From assembly GCA_010025385.1 (NCBI GenBank), contig RGTL01000001.1, positions 1 through 51,795 of the forward strand: 51,795 nt of DNA, given 5' to 3'. This stretch comes from Gammaproteobacteria bacterium. Its GTDB lineage: Bacteria; Pseudomonadota; Gammaproteobacteria; Arenicellales; UBA868. Below the pieces are notes generated by a model. The model ran no database searches, was not told the DNA's origin, and saw only the letters and a list, made by a program, of their open reading frames with translations. Below, in pieces: positions 27,429 through 37,892 of the stretch (within the stretch, counting starts at the first letter, position 1; each line of letters begins with the position of its first letter). The position numbers were made by a program, and so were the translations under genes.

Positions 27429-28373
27429 TTGAACTCACTTGCGCACGCCCCGGTGATGTCAGCGGAGGTGGTAGCGGCACTTCACCCCCGCGACGACGAT
27501 ATTCTGGTGGATGCGACCTTCGGTCGTGGCGGGCACACCCGCGCCCTATTGGAAAAATTGGGGCCTAACGGGCGTATGTTTGTCATGGATCGCGACCCGG
27601 TCGCCTGTGCATTTGCTCGACAGTGGGCGGCGGGAGAGCCTCGACTGACCGTGATCCAGGCGCCCTTCTCAAAACTCGCCGACGCGCTTGGCATGCACGG
27701 CATCGCCGGGCGTGTGGGTGGCTTGGTGCTCGACCTTGGCGTGTCCTCGCCCCAACTTGACGATCCCGCGAGGGGTTTTAGTTTTATGCGCGACGGGCCG
27801 CTGGATATGCGAATGGATCCCACGTGTGGCGCACCCGTCAGTGAGTGGTTGGTAGAAGTCGATGAACAGGAGCTCGTGTCCATCCTTCGAACCTTGGGCG
27901 AAGAGCGGTTTGCAAAAAGGATCGCGCGCGCCGTTGTCCAAACCCGCTCACAAAAGACGCTGTCGACGACCAGAGAGCTCGCGGAGCTTGTGCGTGGATG
28001 CGTGCCGTCTCGCGAACCGGGAAAGCATCCGGCGACACGAACGTTCCAGGCGCTTCGCATTCATGTCAATCGGGAGCTCGAGGAACTTGATTCCGTGTTG
28101 CCGCAGGCGCTCGAGATTCTCGAGCCTGGAGGGCGGCTTGTCGTTATCAGTTTCCACTCGTTAGAGGATCGACGCGTCAAAAATTTTCTGCGTGATGCGG
28201 CTAAGGGCGATCCGTTTCCGCCCGATTTCCCGGTTAGACAAAAAGAATTGCGTCCAGCCATTAGCGTGTTGCGTCGTCCGCAACGGCCCTCAGCGGAAGA
28301 GATCTCTGCCAATCCGCGGGCGCGCAGCGCGGTCCTTCGATCTGCTCAAAAATGTCTGGAGCAGCCTGCATGA
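27429..28373 (+). CDS. rsmH: 16S rRNA m4C1402 methyltransferase
   Basis: DATFGRGGH, DLGVSSPQLD, GPLDMRM, HPATRTFQALRI, FHSLEDR, NPRARSA. Confidence 0.97.
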   Translation: MNSLAHAPVMSAEVVAALHPRDDDILVDATFGRGGHTRALLEKLGPNGRMFVMDRDPVACAFARQWAAGEPRLTVIQAPFSKLADALGMHGIAGRVGGLVLDLGVSSPQLDDPARGFSFMRDGPLDMRMDPTCGAPVSEWLVEVDEQELVSILRTLGEERFAKRIARAVVQTRSQKTLSTTRELAELVRGCVPSREPGKHPATRTFQALRIHVNRELEELDSVLPQALEILEPGGRLVVISFHSLEDRRVKNFLRDAAKGDPFPPDFPVRQKELRPAISVLRRPQRPSAEEISANPRARSAVLRSAQKCLEQPA

Positions 28374-28639
28374 GATGGGCTGCATTTTTGAGTGGGGTTG
28401 CGCTGATCTCGGCGATTCTTGTGGTTGTGGTCCGGCATCAGAATCGCCTTGAGTTCCTGCAGGTTCGCGCAGAGGAGGATCTGAGGGATGAGTTAAATGA
28501 CGAGTGGAGCCGGCTTCAGCTTGAAAAGGCGACCTGGGCAAGACATAACCTTGTGGAGGAAGCGGCCCGAAACGAGTTAGGCATGGTCACTCCGGGGCCA
28601 GCCGATATCGTAGTGATTCAGCTGGGAGCCGCACAGTGA
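28370..28639 (+). CDS. ftsL: cell division protein FtsL
   Basis: TM segment plus leucine-zipper (EWSRLQLEKATW), LGMVTP; ATGA overlap with rsmH. Confidence 0.9.
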   Translation: MRWAAFLSGVALISAILVVVVRHQNRLEFLQVRAEEDLRDELNDEWSRLQLEKATWARHNLVEEAARNELGMVTPGPADIVVIQLGAAQ

Positions 28640-30375
28640 TAGCGCCCAAGCGACGTCAGCCCGCGGAGCCGTTCTCCTATCTTCGGCAGCGTATCGCTGT
28701 CTCGGTCCTGGTTTTGGGCATGATGGTTTTGACCGGGCGCGCTTTTCAATTGCAAATTCTAGAGAGCTCACGCCTGCAGGCGGAGGGGGCTGCCCGACAG
28801 CTGCGCAATGTTGCGGTGAAGCCGGCTCGGGGCCGCATCCTTGATCGCAACGGCGATGTGCTGGCGGTGAGCACGCCCTTAGACGCCGTTTGGGCTCATC
28901 CTGCTACCTTGGTGGAAGCGCGTCACGATTGGCCGCGTCTCGCTGAGGCGCTGGGCATCACCCCGAGTCATATTGCAAGCCTGCTGTCGCAATACGAGGA
29001 TCGAGAATTTGTCTACTTGCGGCGCCATCTGCCTCCCGCTGAGGCGCTCCGAATTGAGCGGCTGGCCATTCCCGGGGTGGCATCGCTTCGTGAGTACGGG
29101 CGTTACTACCCGGCCGGGCCCATAACCAGTCATGTGCTCGGGTTTACCGATGTCGATGACCGCGGGCAGGAAGGCATTGAAAAAGCATTTGATAGTCATC
29201 TGTCCGGCGTCGAGGGCAAGAAGCGGGTGTTGCGCGATCGAAAAGGCAGAGTCGTGGAGGACATCGAAAGTCTGCAGCCCGTTCATCACGGCAGAGATCT
29301 GCAAACCAGTCTAGACCTTCGGATTCAGGCATCAACGCAAAGACATCTCGCCGCGACGGTTCGAGAGACTCGGGCAAAAGGCGCTTCCGCGGTGATGCTG
29401 GATGTGAATACCGGCGAGGTGCTGGCGATGGCCAATGCGCCTGATTTCAATCCCAATAACCGCGCTCAGTTTTCGGTCGATGCATTCCGTAACCGGTCGG
29501 TGACTGATGTCTTTGAGCCGGGTTCAGCGATCAAGCCCTTCACTATGGCCATGGCGCTCGCCAGCGGGCAGTTCTCTCTGGACACGCCCGTCTCTACGAG
29601 TCCGGGTGTCTATCGTATTGGGCGAGATCAAATCCGAGATGTTCACGATTATGGTGATCTGACCCTCTCGACCGTTCTGGTCAAGTCGAGCAATGTAGGC
29701 ACGGCAAAGATCGCCATGGCGCTCGCTCCCGAAGAGCTCTACCACCTGCTTGATAACGTTGGCTTCGGGCGGACGACAGGTGTCGAACTGCCGGGTGAGA
29801 GCGGAGGAAGCCTTCTGAAGCGCGAGCGCTGGCGGCCGATCGAGCACGCGACGCTGTCCTATGGCTATGGCCTCTCGGCTACGCAGGTGCAACTGGCCAG
29901 AGCCTATAGCGTCCTGGCGTCTGGCGGGATTCTCCGCCCTGTAACCCTAAAGCGTCAGTCCGGACCGGTCGGTGGACAGCGCGTTATGTCGGAGGGTGTG
30001 AGCCGACGAATAAACGCGTTGCTTGAGCGAGTGGTTAGCGCTGAGGGAACCGCCAAACGGGCTGCGGTGCCTGCGTATCGCGTGGCCGGAAAAACCGGAA
30101 CGGTTCATAAAATTAGCCCCAATGGCGGCTATGAAGAAGACCGGTATCAAGCCATTTTTGTTGGTTTCGCCCCCGTATCGAATCCTCGTTTCGTTCTCGC
30201 GGTAATGGTTGATGAGCCACAGGGTTCGTACTTTGGAGGCGAGGTGGCGGCTCCCGTATTTGCCCGAATCATCTCGGATGCGCTGCGTGTTCATGGAATC
30301 AAGCCAGACGGTGAAGACGCTTCGACCATTACGGTAGTGGGTCGGACCGTCGCGACACCGGCAGACGCTTCATGA
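28636..30375 (+). CDS. ftsI: penicillin-binding protein 3
   Basis: RGRILDRNG, RYYPAG, EPGSAIK (SxxK), SSN, GKTGT. Confidence 0.96.
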   Translation: MIAPKRRQPAEPFSYLRQRIAVSVLVLGMMVLTGRAFQLQILESSRLQAEGAARQLRNVAVKPARGRILDRNGDVLAVSTPLDAVWAHPATLVEARHDWPRLAEALGITPSHIASLLSQYEDREFVYLRRHLPPAEALRIERLAIPGVASLREYGRYYPAGPITSHVLGFTDVDDRGQEGIEKAFDSHLSGVEGKKRVLRDRKGRVVEDIESLQPVHHGRDLQTSLDLRIQASTQRHLAATVRETRAKGASAVMLDVNTGEVLAMANAPDFNPNNRAQFSVDAFRNRSVTDVFEPGSAIKPFTMAMALASGQFSLDTPVSTSPGVYRIGRDQIRDVHDYGDLTLSTVLVKSSNVGTAKIAMALAPEELYHLLDNVGFGRTTGVELPGESGGSLLKRERWRPIEHATLSYGYGLSATQVQLARAYSVLASGGILRPVTLKRQSGPVGGQRVMSEGVSRRINALLERVVSAEGTAKRAAVPAYRVAGKTGTVHKISPNGGYEEDRYQAIFVGFAPVSNPRFVLAVMVDEPQGSYFGGEVAAPVFARIISDALRVHGIKPDGEDASTITVVGRTVATPADAS

Positions 30376-31865
30376 TGACATCGACCGCTCCGTCACCGAG
30401 CAGAAACTTGGGCGACCTTCTTTCGGGTTTCGCATCGGTATCGATGGATCTGGCTTTGAAGCCTGTTGACAGTCTGGCGCTCGATAGCCGCAACGTGGTC
30501 CCGGGCAGTCTCTTCTTTGGCGTGGATGGCCACAACTGCAGGGGCCAGGATTTCGCGAGGGAGGCGCTCAACGCCGGTGCCGTTGCTGCGGTTGTCGAGG
30601 GCGCGGGGGGCTTCAAGCGGATGAGCGAAGGTTACTGCTTTCAGATCGAAAATTTAAAAAAGAAGATAGGACCTATTGCCAGTCGTTTTTTTGGACATCC
30701 CTCACACACACTCTGTGTGATCGGTGTGACGGGCACCAACGGAAAAACCTCTTGTTCCACATTACTAGCACAAGCGTTGAACCTTCTAGGCACTCGAGCG
30801 GCTGTCATTGGGACCGCAGGGTGGGGCTTCCCGGGCGATCTGGCACCGAGCGGGCTGACGACGCCGGATCCGATCACCCTGCAATCGCAGTTCCATAGCC
30901 TCGCAGAACGGGGTGCACAAAGCGTGTGCCTTGAAGTCTCCTCTCATGCTCTCGATCAGGGGCGGATCGAGGGGACACGTTTTGATACCGCGGCCTTTAC
31001 CAATTTAAGTCATGATCATCTGGACTATCACAAGACGATGGAGGCTTACGAACAGACCAAGCTCCTGCTTTTTCAGCAAAAAGAATTGAAGCGCGCCGTG
31101 ATAAACATTGCTGATCCCGCGGGTAAGCGATTCGCAAGCAGCGGGATGCTTTGTGAGGTGCTGACTTTTGGACGTGACGAGCGCGCCGATGTTTATCCGC
31201 TCAGTGAGCGCATCACCGATAGGGGTCTATCTCTTACGATCGCGACTCCCAAAGGAGAAGTGGCGTTTTCTTCTCCACTGAAAGGCAGTTTTAACGTCGA
31301 AAATTTGACGGCGGTCATTTCGATGCTCATTGCAAAGGGATTTGACCTTACCCGGATTAACGAGGTGATGCCAAAACTCACGCCGGTACCCGGGAGGTTG
31401 ATTGTCTGTCGCGTGGCTTCTTCGAATCAGCCCATGGTTGCGATTGATTATGCGCACTCCCCGGGCGCCCTGGAAGCGTTGCTTGTGAGCGCGCGGCAGA
31501 TGGCAAATGGGAAGCTCTGGTGCGTCTTTGGGTGCGGTGGTGAACGTGACCGTCTAAAGCGGCCCGAGATGGGTCGACTCGCCTCAGCGCTTGCGGATCA
31601 CGTGGTTCTGACAAACGACAATCCCAGAGGGGAGCGTCCGGAATCTATCCTCGCGCAGATTCGGGCAGGCATGAGCAGACCGCCCGATGCGGAGATCCTT
31701 GAGCGACGCGAGGCCATCGCCTACGCGATCCGCGAGGCTCGCCAAGGGGATCTCATCGTGATTGCTGGCAAGGGCCACGAGTCTCATCAGGTCATAGGCG
31801 ATCAGGTCCTTCCTTTTGATGATCAATCTGTGGCTGAAGCGATCTTGGGAGCAAGGCCATGTTAA
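30372..31865 (+). CDS. murE: UDP-MurNAc-dipeptide:meso-DAP ligase
   Basis: GVTGTNGKTS, LTTPD, EVSSH, DHLDYH, DYAH, DNPR (DAP-specific), AGKGHE. Confidence 0.96.
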   Translation: MMTSTAPSPSRNLGDLLSGFASVSMDLALKPVDSLALDSRNVVPGSLFFGVDGHNCRGQDFAREALNAGAVAAVVEGAGGFKRMSEGYCFQIENLKKKIGPIASRFFGHPSHTLCVIGVTGTNGKTSCSTLLAQALNLLGTRAAVIGTAGWGFPGDLAPSGLTTPDPITLQSQFHSLAERGAQSVCLEVSSHALDQGRIEGTRFDTAAFTNLSHDHLDYHKTMEAYEQTKLLLFQQKELKRAVINIADPAGKRFASSGMLCEVLTFGRDERADVYPLSERITDRGLSLTIATPKGEVAFSSPLKGSFNVENLTAVISMLIAKGFDLTRINEVMPKLTPVPGRLIVCRVASSNQPMVAIDYAHSPGALEALLVSARQMANGKLWCVFGCGGERDRLKRPEMGRLASALADHVVLTNDNPRGERPESILAQIRAGMSRPPDAEILERREAIAYAIREARQGDLIVIAGKGHESHQVIGDQVLPFDDQSVAEAILGARPC

Positions 31866-33217
31866 GCCTTCGCGAACTGGCCAACGTGGTGGACGGTCGT
31901 CTGACCTCGGGGGATAGCGAGTTTTCTTCTGTCAGTATTGACACAAGAACCTTAAGCCCCGGTGCGCTTTTTGTGGCCATCGATGGCGAGCGGGTCCGAG
32001 GACTTGACTATGTGCCCGATGCAGAAAAAGCGGGTGCCGTCGCCGTTCTGAGTCAACGACCTCATGGCGGGACGCTCCCGGGAATCGTGGTGGATGACCC
32101 CGTCAGGGCGCTAGGAAAGTTGGCGGCGTTCTGGAGGAATCGACTGGATATTCCGGTCGTGGGCATTACCGGGAGCAACGGCAAGACCACCGTAAAGGAA
32201 ATGGTGGCATCGATACTCGCACAGGTGGGTTCAGTTTATGCGAGTCCGGGTAACTTCAATAATCATCTGGGAGTGCCCCTTACGTTGCTTGGTGTCCGCC
32301 CGGATCATCGGTTTGCGGTGGTTGAGATGGGGATGAATCATCCCGGCGAAATTGATTACCTGACCCGTATTGTCCGGCCAACCGTTGCGCTAATCACGAA
32401 CGCAGCCCTGGCGCACCTCGAGGGACTTGGTAGCCTGTCGGAGATTGTCAGGGCGAAAGCGGAGATCTTTAATGGATTGCAGACAGGAGGAACCGCGATT
32501 ATCAACGCCGATGATCGCTTTGCGGCCTATTGGGCAGCTAGAACCCGCGCGTTTCAGACGATTACATTTGGACTGAACAGTCGTTCTCGGGTCGGTGGTG
32601 AGGTAAGCGCTACAGAGGACGGCCAGCTGATCGAGCTGAGCCTACCTGATGAATCGATCGAGGTTCATCTTAACTTGCTAGGTCGCCACAACGCGCTTAA
32701 CGCACTGGCGGCAGCGAGCGCAGCATGGGCGTGTGGTTGCAGCTCGAGCGAGATCCGCTCGGGGCTTGAGGCGATGAGCGCGCAGCCCGGACGCCTGCAG
32801 GTTCGCGCGGGCAGTCGAGGCGCGAACCTGATTGACGATACCTACAACGCCAACCCTGCCTCCCTGGGAGCCGCCATCAAGACCCTCGCCGGTCGATCGG
32901 GTCGCAAAATGCTAATCCTTGGAAACATGGCAGAACTCGGTGAGAGAGCCGAGGAGCTGCATAGAGCGGCTGGCCGTGAGGCTCGCGATGCTGGAATTGA
33001 CACATTGTTTGCCTGTGGCGAGCTCGCCGGTTTGGCCGCTGACGCTTTTGGTGAGTCTGGACAGACCTTCGAGAGTACAGACAGCCTGATTCGGGCCGCT
33101 CGACCGATGCTGAGTCCCGGTTTAACGGTTCTTATTAAGGGATCTCGATCTGCTCGAATGGAGCAGGTGGCAAATGCGCTGGTGTGCGCTTCACAGGAAG
33201 GAGCGATCGCATGTTGA
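31859..33217 (+). CDS. murF: UDP-MurNAc-tripeptide:D-Ala-D-Ala ligase
   Basis: [39 protein letters not shown]. Confidence 0.96.
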   Translation: MLSLRELANVVDGRLTSGDSEFSSVSIDTRTLSPGALFVAIDGERVRGLDYVPDAEKAGAVAVLSQRPHGGTLPGIVVDDPVRALGKLAAFWRNRLDIPVVGITGSNGKTTVKEMVASILAQVGSVYASPGNFNNHLGVPLTLLGVRPDHRFAVVEMGMNHPGEIDYLTRIVRPTVALITNAALAHLEGLGSLSEIVRAKAEIFNGLQTGGTAIINADDRFAAYWAARTRAFQTITFGLNSRSRVGGEVSATEDGQLIELSLPDESIEVHLNLLGRHNALNALAAASAAWACGCSSSEIRSGLEAMSAQPGRLQVRAGSRGANLIDDTYNANPASLGAAIKTLAGRSGRKMLILGNMAELGERAEELHRAAGREARDAGIDTLFACGELAGLAADAFGESGQTFESTDSLIRAARPMLSPGLTVLIKGSRSARMEQVANALVCASQEGAIAC

Positions 33218-34293
33218 AAATGCTTTTTGAGCAGTTGGCCGCCGAGTTCAGCGCGTTTAACGTCTTCCGGTATTTGTCTTTTCGGGCTATTTGTGCGGTC
33301 CTGACGGCTTTGTTGTTCAGTTTTGTCGTAGGCCCTGCTCTTATCCGAAGGCTTGAAAAGATTGGCGCAGGACAACCGATTCGTGATGATGGGCCGAGCA
33401 CCCATTTACAGAAAAAAAATACGCCAACAATGGGCGGCGTCCTGATCATTGCCGCCGTCCTGCTGTCCACTTTGCTTTGGGCCGATCTTGGCAATCGCTT
33501 CATTTGGGTCGTGGTCTTTATCTGTATCGCATTTGGAGCGATCGGCTGGTTGGACGACTACACCAAAATCACCCGAGCCCATTCGCGCGGTATTAGTTCG
33601 AAGCAGAAGTTTTTCTGGCAAAGCCTCGCTGCATTTGTTGCCGCGGTCGCGCTTTATGTGACCGCGCAATCTGCAGCGGAGACCGCTCTGATCGTTCCCC
33701 TGTTCAAGGATGTGGCGGTTGAATTGGGATTTGGATTCATTTTGCTGACTTGGTTCGTGATCACGGGTAGCAGTAATGCCGTGAACCTGACGGACGGTCT
33801 TGATGGGTTGGCCATACTGCCCAGCGTGCTCGTCGCGGGCGGCCTCGGCGTATTCGCCTACATGACAGGCCATTCGGTGTTCTCCGGATACCTCGGCATC
33901 CCGTTCATATCAGGCGCCGGAGAGGTCTTGGTGTTCTGCGCCGCTTTGGTGGGCGCGGGACTTGGATTTCTATGGTTTAACACGTACCCCGCGCAGATCT
34001 TTATGGGCGATATCGGCGCGCTCTCGATCGGCGCGGCTCTGGGCACAGTGGCCGTCATCGTTCGCCAGGAAATCGTGCTTGCGATCATGGGGGGTCTTTT
34101 TGTTATCGAGACCATATCGGTGGTGCTCCAAGTCGCGTCTTTCAAACTTATTGGCAAGCGCATTTTTCGAATGGCTCCACTGCATCATCATTTTGAACAA
34201 AAAGGCTGGCAAGAGCCTCAGGTTACCGTGCGGTTTTGGATTATTAGTTTGATCCTGGTGTTGATCGGGCTGGCCACACTGAAGGTGCGATGA
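33211..34293 (+). CDS. mraY: phospho-N-acetylmuramoyl-pentapeptide transferase
   Basis: [33 protein letters not shown]; start ATG 33211. Confidence 0.97.
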   Translation: MLKMLFEQLAAEFSAFNVFRYLSFRAICAVLTALLFSFVVGPALIRRLEKIGAGQPIRDDGPSTHLQKKNTPTMGGVLIIAAVLLSTLLWADLGNRFIWVVVFICIAFGAIGWLDDYTKITRAHSRGISSKQKFFWQSLAAFVAAVALYVTAQSAAETALIVPLFKDVAVELGFGFILLTWFVITGSSNAVNLTDGLDGLAILPSVLVAGGLGVFAYMTGHSVFSGYLGIPFISGAGEVLVFCAALVGAGLGFLWFNTYPAQIFMGDIGALSIGAALGTVAVIVRQEIVLAIMGGLFVIETISVVLQVASFKLIGKRIFRMAPLHHHFEQKGWQEPQVTVRFWIISLILVLIGLATLKVR

Positions 34294-34300
34294 GGTTTTG

Positions 34301-35671
34301 ATGAATAGCGCTCTTGCCATCGATCTGAAGCCAACGCCCTGGCAGCGCGTCGTGGTTTTGGGATTGGGAAAAACAGGATGTTCAGTGGCCCAATACCTCG
34401 CTGGGCAGGGCATCTCTGTTGAGGTGCAGGACAGTCGAGTCGAGCCGCCATTCAGAGGCGCTCTGCAAAAAACCTGTCCGAAGATTCCCATCCACTGCGG
34501 TGATTTTTCCCTCGACTGTCTGGATCGAGTCGATCTGGTGGTGGCTAGCCCCGGACTGTCGATGAGTGAGCCGATCCTTCGTGAGGCGCAGGCACGAAAC
34601 ATCGAGATCGTGGGCGATATCGAACTGTTCGCTCGTGTATGTCCCGCCCCAATCATTGCGATCACCGGCTCAAACGGGAAGACGACGGTCACGACGTTGG
34701 TGGGCGATATGCTGAGTGCTCACGGTCTCAACGTGGGCGTCGGTGGAAACATTGGTACGCCAGCACTTGATCTTCTGCTTCATCAATCCCTGGATGTTGT
34801 GGTGCTCGAATTGTCCAGTTTTCAGCTTGAGACCACTTCTTCCCTCAGGCCGAAAGCCGCAGCGATCCTGAACCTCTCGGCCGACCATATGGACCGCTAT
34901 CCCTCTTTTGTCGCCTATGTGGAGGCTAAACGCCGAGTCCTGATGGGCGCGCAGTCGGCGATTCTCAATCGGGATGACCCCGCATGCACGCGCGCGGAGG
35001 AGTGTTCAGGCGCAACCGACATCAGCATTGGGCTGAGTCCCCCTCCGCGGGAGGAGGACTATGGCCTGGGGTTCAAAGCCGGCGTCGAAGTGCTGGTCCG
35101 CGGTGGAGAACCGCTTCTGGCGGTCAATGAATTAGGCATGATGGGTCGGCACAATGTATTAAACGCGCTTGCGGCAATCGCTCTCGTTGAAGCGGCGGGC
35201 TATCCCTTCAGCGCGTCGATGCGCTCGCGATTGACAACATTCAAGGGTTTACCGCATCGCTGCGAATGTGTCCTTGAAAAGGATGAGATTGTCTGGATTA
35301 ACGACTCGAAGAGCACCAATCCTGGATCGGCCATCGCTGCACTCGTTGGCATCGAGCGGCCTGTGGTTCTGATCGCAGGCGGTCAGTCAAAAGGCGCGGA
35401 TTTCAGCGCTCTGGCGGAGGTCATTCAGCGGTTCGCGCGCCAGGTCCTCCTTATTGGCGAGGATCGGCTTCAGATAGCCGCTGCCATTGAGGATCGCGTG
35501 CCGGTCACTCTGGCAGATGACCTTCCACACGCTATCAGACTGGCGTCACGCTGGGCTCAGCCGGGAGACGCGGTGCTGCTTTCTCCCGCCTGCGCCAGTT
35601 TCGACATGTTCAAAAACTACGAGGACCGGGGGAATACCTTCCGCGCGCTGGTCAAGGAGTGGGCTGAATGA
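34301..35671 (+). CDS. murD: UDP-MurNAc-L-Ala:D-Glu ligase
   Basis: [43 protein letters not shown]. Confidence 0.96.
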   Translation: MNSALAIDLKPTPWQRVVVLGLGKTGCSVAQYLAGQGISVEVQDSRVEPPFRGALQKTCPKIPIHCGDFSLDCLDRVDLVVASPGLSMSEPILREAQARNIEIVGDIELFARVCPAPIIAITGSNGKTTVTTLVGDMLSAHGLNVGVGGNIGTPALDLLLHQSLDVVVLELSSFQLETTSSLRPKAAAILNLSADHMDRYPSFVAYVEAKRRVLMGAQSAILNRDDPACTRAEECSGATDISIGLSPPPREEDYGLGFKAGVEVLVRGGEPLLAVNELGMMGRHNVLNALAAIALVEAAGYPFSASMRSRLTTFKGLPHRCECVLEKDEIVWINDSKSTNPGSAIAALVGIERPVVLIAGGQSKGADFSALAEVIQRFARQVLLIGEDRLQIAAAIEDRVPVTLADDLPHAIRLASRWAQPGDAVLLSPACASFDMFKNYEDRGNTFRALVKEWAE

Positions 35672-36819
35672 CCAGTGCAACGCTGCCGCTGCGCTTGCCT
35701 TTCCGATCCCACGCGATCGACCCTATTTTGCTCCTAGCGGTTGGTGGTCTTCTCGCGTTTAGCACGGTAATGGTGTTTTCGGCCGCTATCGGCACCCACG
35801 GTGGGGTCACAGGTGGATTCAAAATTCTTCTTAGACATCTATTTAGCATTACGCTGGCGCTGGCACTCGGTGTGCTCACCGCATCCGTTCCGCTGTCGCT
35901 CTGGCGTCGTGCCAATCGCTGGCTTCTCGGATTGGGCACGCTGCTTCTCGTGCTGGTATTGATTCCCGGAATTGGCCATGAGGTCAATGGCAGTTCCCGT
36001 TGGCTACCGCTTGGGGTGATGCGTTTTCAGCCGTCCGAGTTAATCAAAGTACTGGTGGTTCTGTTTCTTGCCGACCATTTTGTTCGCCACGCAAATGCAA
36101 TGGATTCGTTTCGGGTCAGCATCGTAGAACCCACCGTTGTGGTGGGCACGCTTGGGGCGCTGCTGTTGCTTGAGCCAGACCTTGGCTGTACTGCCGTCAT
36201 CATGATGACGGCGTTGGGACTCATGTTCCTGAGTGGCACGCGCTTGAGATATATCCTCGGCGCCATCGCTGTTGCCGTTTGTGCGGTGGCGGTCCTCATT
36301 CTGGCCGCCCCTTACCGTATGCAGCGTGTGTACAGTTTTCTCGATCCTTGGGCAGACCCTTATGGTTCAGGATTTCAACTCGTTCAGGCCTTGATTGCGC
36401 TTGGAAGTGGAGAGTGGTTTGGCGTGGGACTGGGCGCCAGCGTGCAAAAGCTTTTCTATTTGCCCCACGCCAGCAACGATTTTTTGGTTGCCGTGATCGG
36501 CGAAGAGTTGGGCTTGATCGGTTTGCTTTTCCTGCTCGGACTTTACGCCGTCATTCTGTGGCGTATTTTTGATCTTGCTAGAAGGGCGGCTTTAGCCGGT
36601 GAGTTTTTTGGCGCTCGTCTTTCCCAGGGTATCGGTCTTCTGATCGTGGTTCAGGCGCTTTTTCATTTTGCTGTGAATCTCGGACTAGTACCCACAAAAG
36701 GACTGACGCTGCCGCTGATGAGTTACGGCGGTAGCAGCATGTTAATTCAGGGATTGGCACTGGGGCTCATTTTCGCCGTACAGCAGAGCCTCTCCGACGC
36801 CGCGGTGAGGAGGCGTTGA
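35668..36819 (+). CDS. ftsW: SEDS peptidoglycan polymerase FtsW
   Basis: NGSSRW, FQPSE, EPDLG, GFQLVQ, IGEELG, PTKGLTLPLMSYGGSS. Confidence 0.96.
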   Translation: MTSATLPLRLPFRSHAIDPILLLAVGGLLAFSTVMVFSAAIGTHGGVTGGFKILLRHLFSITLALALGVLTASVPLSLWRRANRWLLGLGTLLLVLVLIPGIGHEVNGSSRWLPLGVMRFQPSELIKVLVVLFLADHFVRHANAMDSFRVSIVEPTVVVGTLGALLLLEPDLGCTAVIMMTALGLMFLSGTRLRYILGAIAVAVCAVAVLILAAPYRMQRVYSFLDPWADPYGSGFQLVQALIALGSGEWFGVGLGASVQKLFYLPHASNDFLVAVIGEELGLIGLLFLLGLYAVILWRIFDLARRAALAGEFFGARLSQGIGLLIVVQALFHFAVNLGLVPTKGLTLPLMSYGGSSMLIQGLALGLIFAVQQSLSDAAVRRR

Positions 36820-37892
36820 TTAGGGTCATGATCATGGCGGGTGGAACCGGGGGTCACGTTTATCCGGCGTTGAGCATTGCCTCCTCGCTTCAAAAACGCG
36901 GCGTGGATGTCGTGTGGTTGGGCACTGAGCGCGGACTCGAACATCGTTTGGTGCCGGCGGCCGGCCTGCACCTGGAATGTCTCGATGTCAGTGCATGGAT
37001 GGGGACGTCATGGCGCAAAAAGATTGCTATGCCATGGCTCTTGCTGCGAGCGATCGCACAGTCCATAAAAATCATTCGACGATTCAAGCCCGGCGTGGTT
37101 TTGGGTATGGGGGGTTTCGCAGCCGGCCCTGGCGGGCTTGCAGCTTGGTTGCTCAGACGGCCCCTGGTGATCCATGAAGCAAACGCCCGTGGCGGTCTCA
37201 CCAATCGGCTGCTCGCGCCGCTCGCCCAAAAAATACTGACCGGTTTCTCAACGGCAGAGAAATTACCCGCGTCTGCTATCTGGACAGGCAATCCAGTTCG
37301 CTCCGAGATAGCGTCGATAGCCGCGCCTGCTAATCGAGGACTAGGGGAAGCACCAGGGCTTCGACTATTAGTGCTGGGAGGCAGTCAGGGTGCCCGATCG
37401 ATTAACCAATCGGTTCCCGCGGCTCTAGCCCAATGTGCCTGCGCAGAGAATTTGCAGATCCTGCATCAGAGTGGGCCCGGTCAAGAGGCCCACGTCAGGG
37501 CGACGTATGACGCGCTGTCGTTACAGGTAACGGTGGCGCCCTTTATCGACGACATGGCAGGCGCTTATGCGCAGGCCGATCTGGTGATTTCCAGGGCAGG
37601 CGCAATGACCGTAAGCGAGGTCTGCGCAGTTGGGCTACCAGCGATTTTGATTCCCTACCCCTTTGCTGCGGACGATCACCAACTGGTAAATGCTTCGTTT
37701 CTGTTGACCGCCAAAGCAGCCATCGTCATTGAAGAGAAAGATCTTGATCTATCTCGACTGGCTCGAGAGGTCGATATGTTGTTTGGTAACCGACCCCTGC
37801 TGCAAAAAATGGCCACAGCGGCACGCAGCCTTGCCCGATCTGGTGCGACTGAGGCGGTCGTGAGTCAATGCCTGGGGGCCGCCCATGCGTGA
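36816..37892 (+). CDS. murG: lipid II GlcNAc transferase
   Basis: AGGTGGHVYP, HEAN, TGNPVR, GGSQGA, SRAGA, DDHQLVNA. Confidence 0.96.
   Translation: MIRVMIMAGGTGGHVYPALSIASSLQKRGVDVVWLGTERGLEHRLVPAAGLHLECLDVSAWMGTSWRKKIAMPWLLLRAIAQSIKIIRRFKPGVVLGMGGFAAGPGGLAAWLLRRPLVIHEANARGGLTNRLLAPLAQKILTGFSTAEKLPASAIWTGNPVRSEIASIAAPANRGLGEAPGLRLLVLGGSQGARSINQSVPAALAQCACAENLQILHQSGPGQEAHVRATYDALSLQVTVAPFIDDMAGAYAQADLVISRAGAMTVSEVCAVGLPAILIPYPFAADDHQLVNASFLLTAKAAIVIEEKDLDLSRLAREVDMLFGNRPLLQKMATAARSLARSGATEAVVSQCLGAAHA

Noticed and set aside
33970-34692. 240-aa minus-strand ORF and many similar ORFs across the dcw cluster
   Set aside because: Antisense to well-supported mraY/murD and other core genes.
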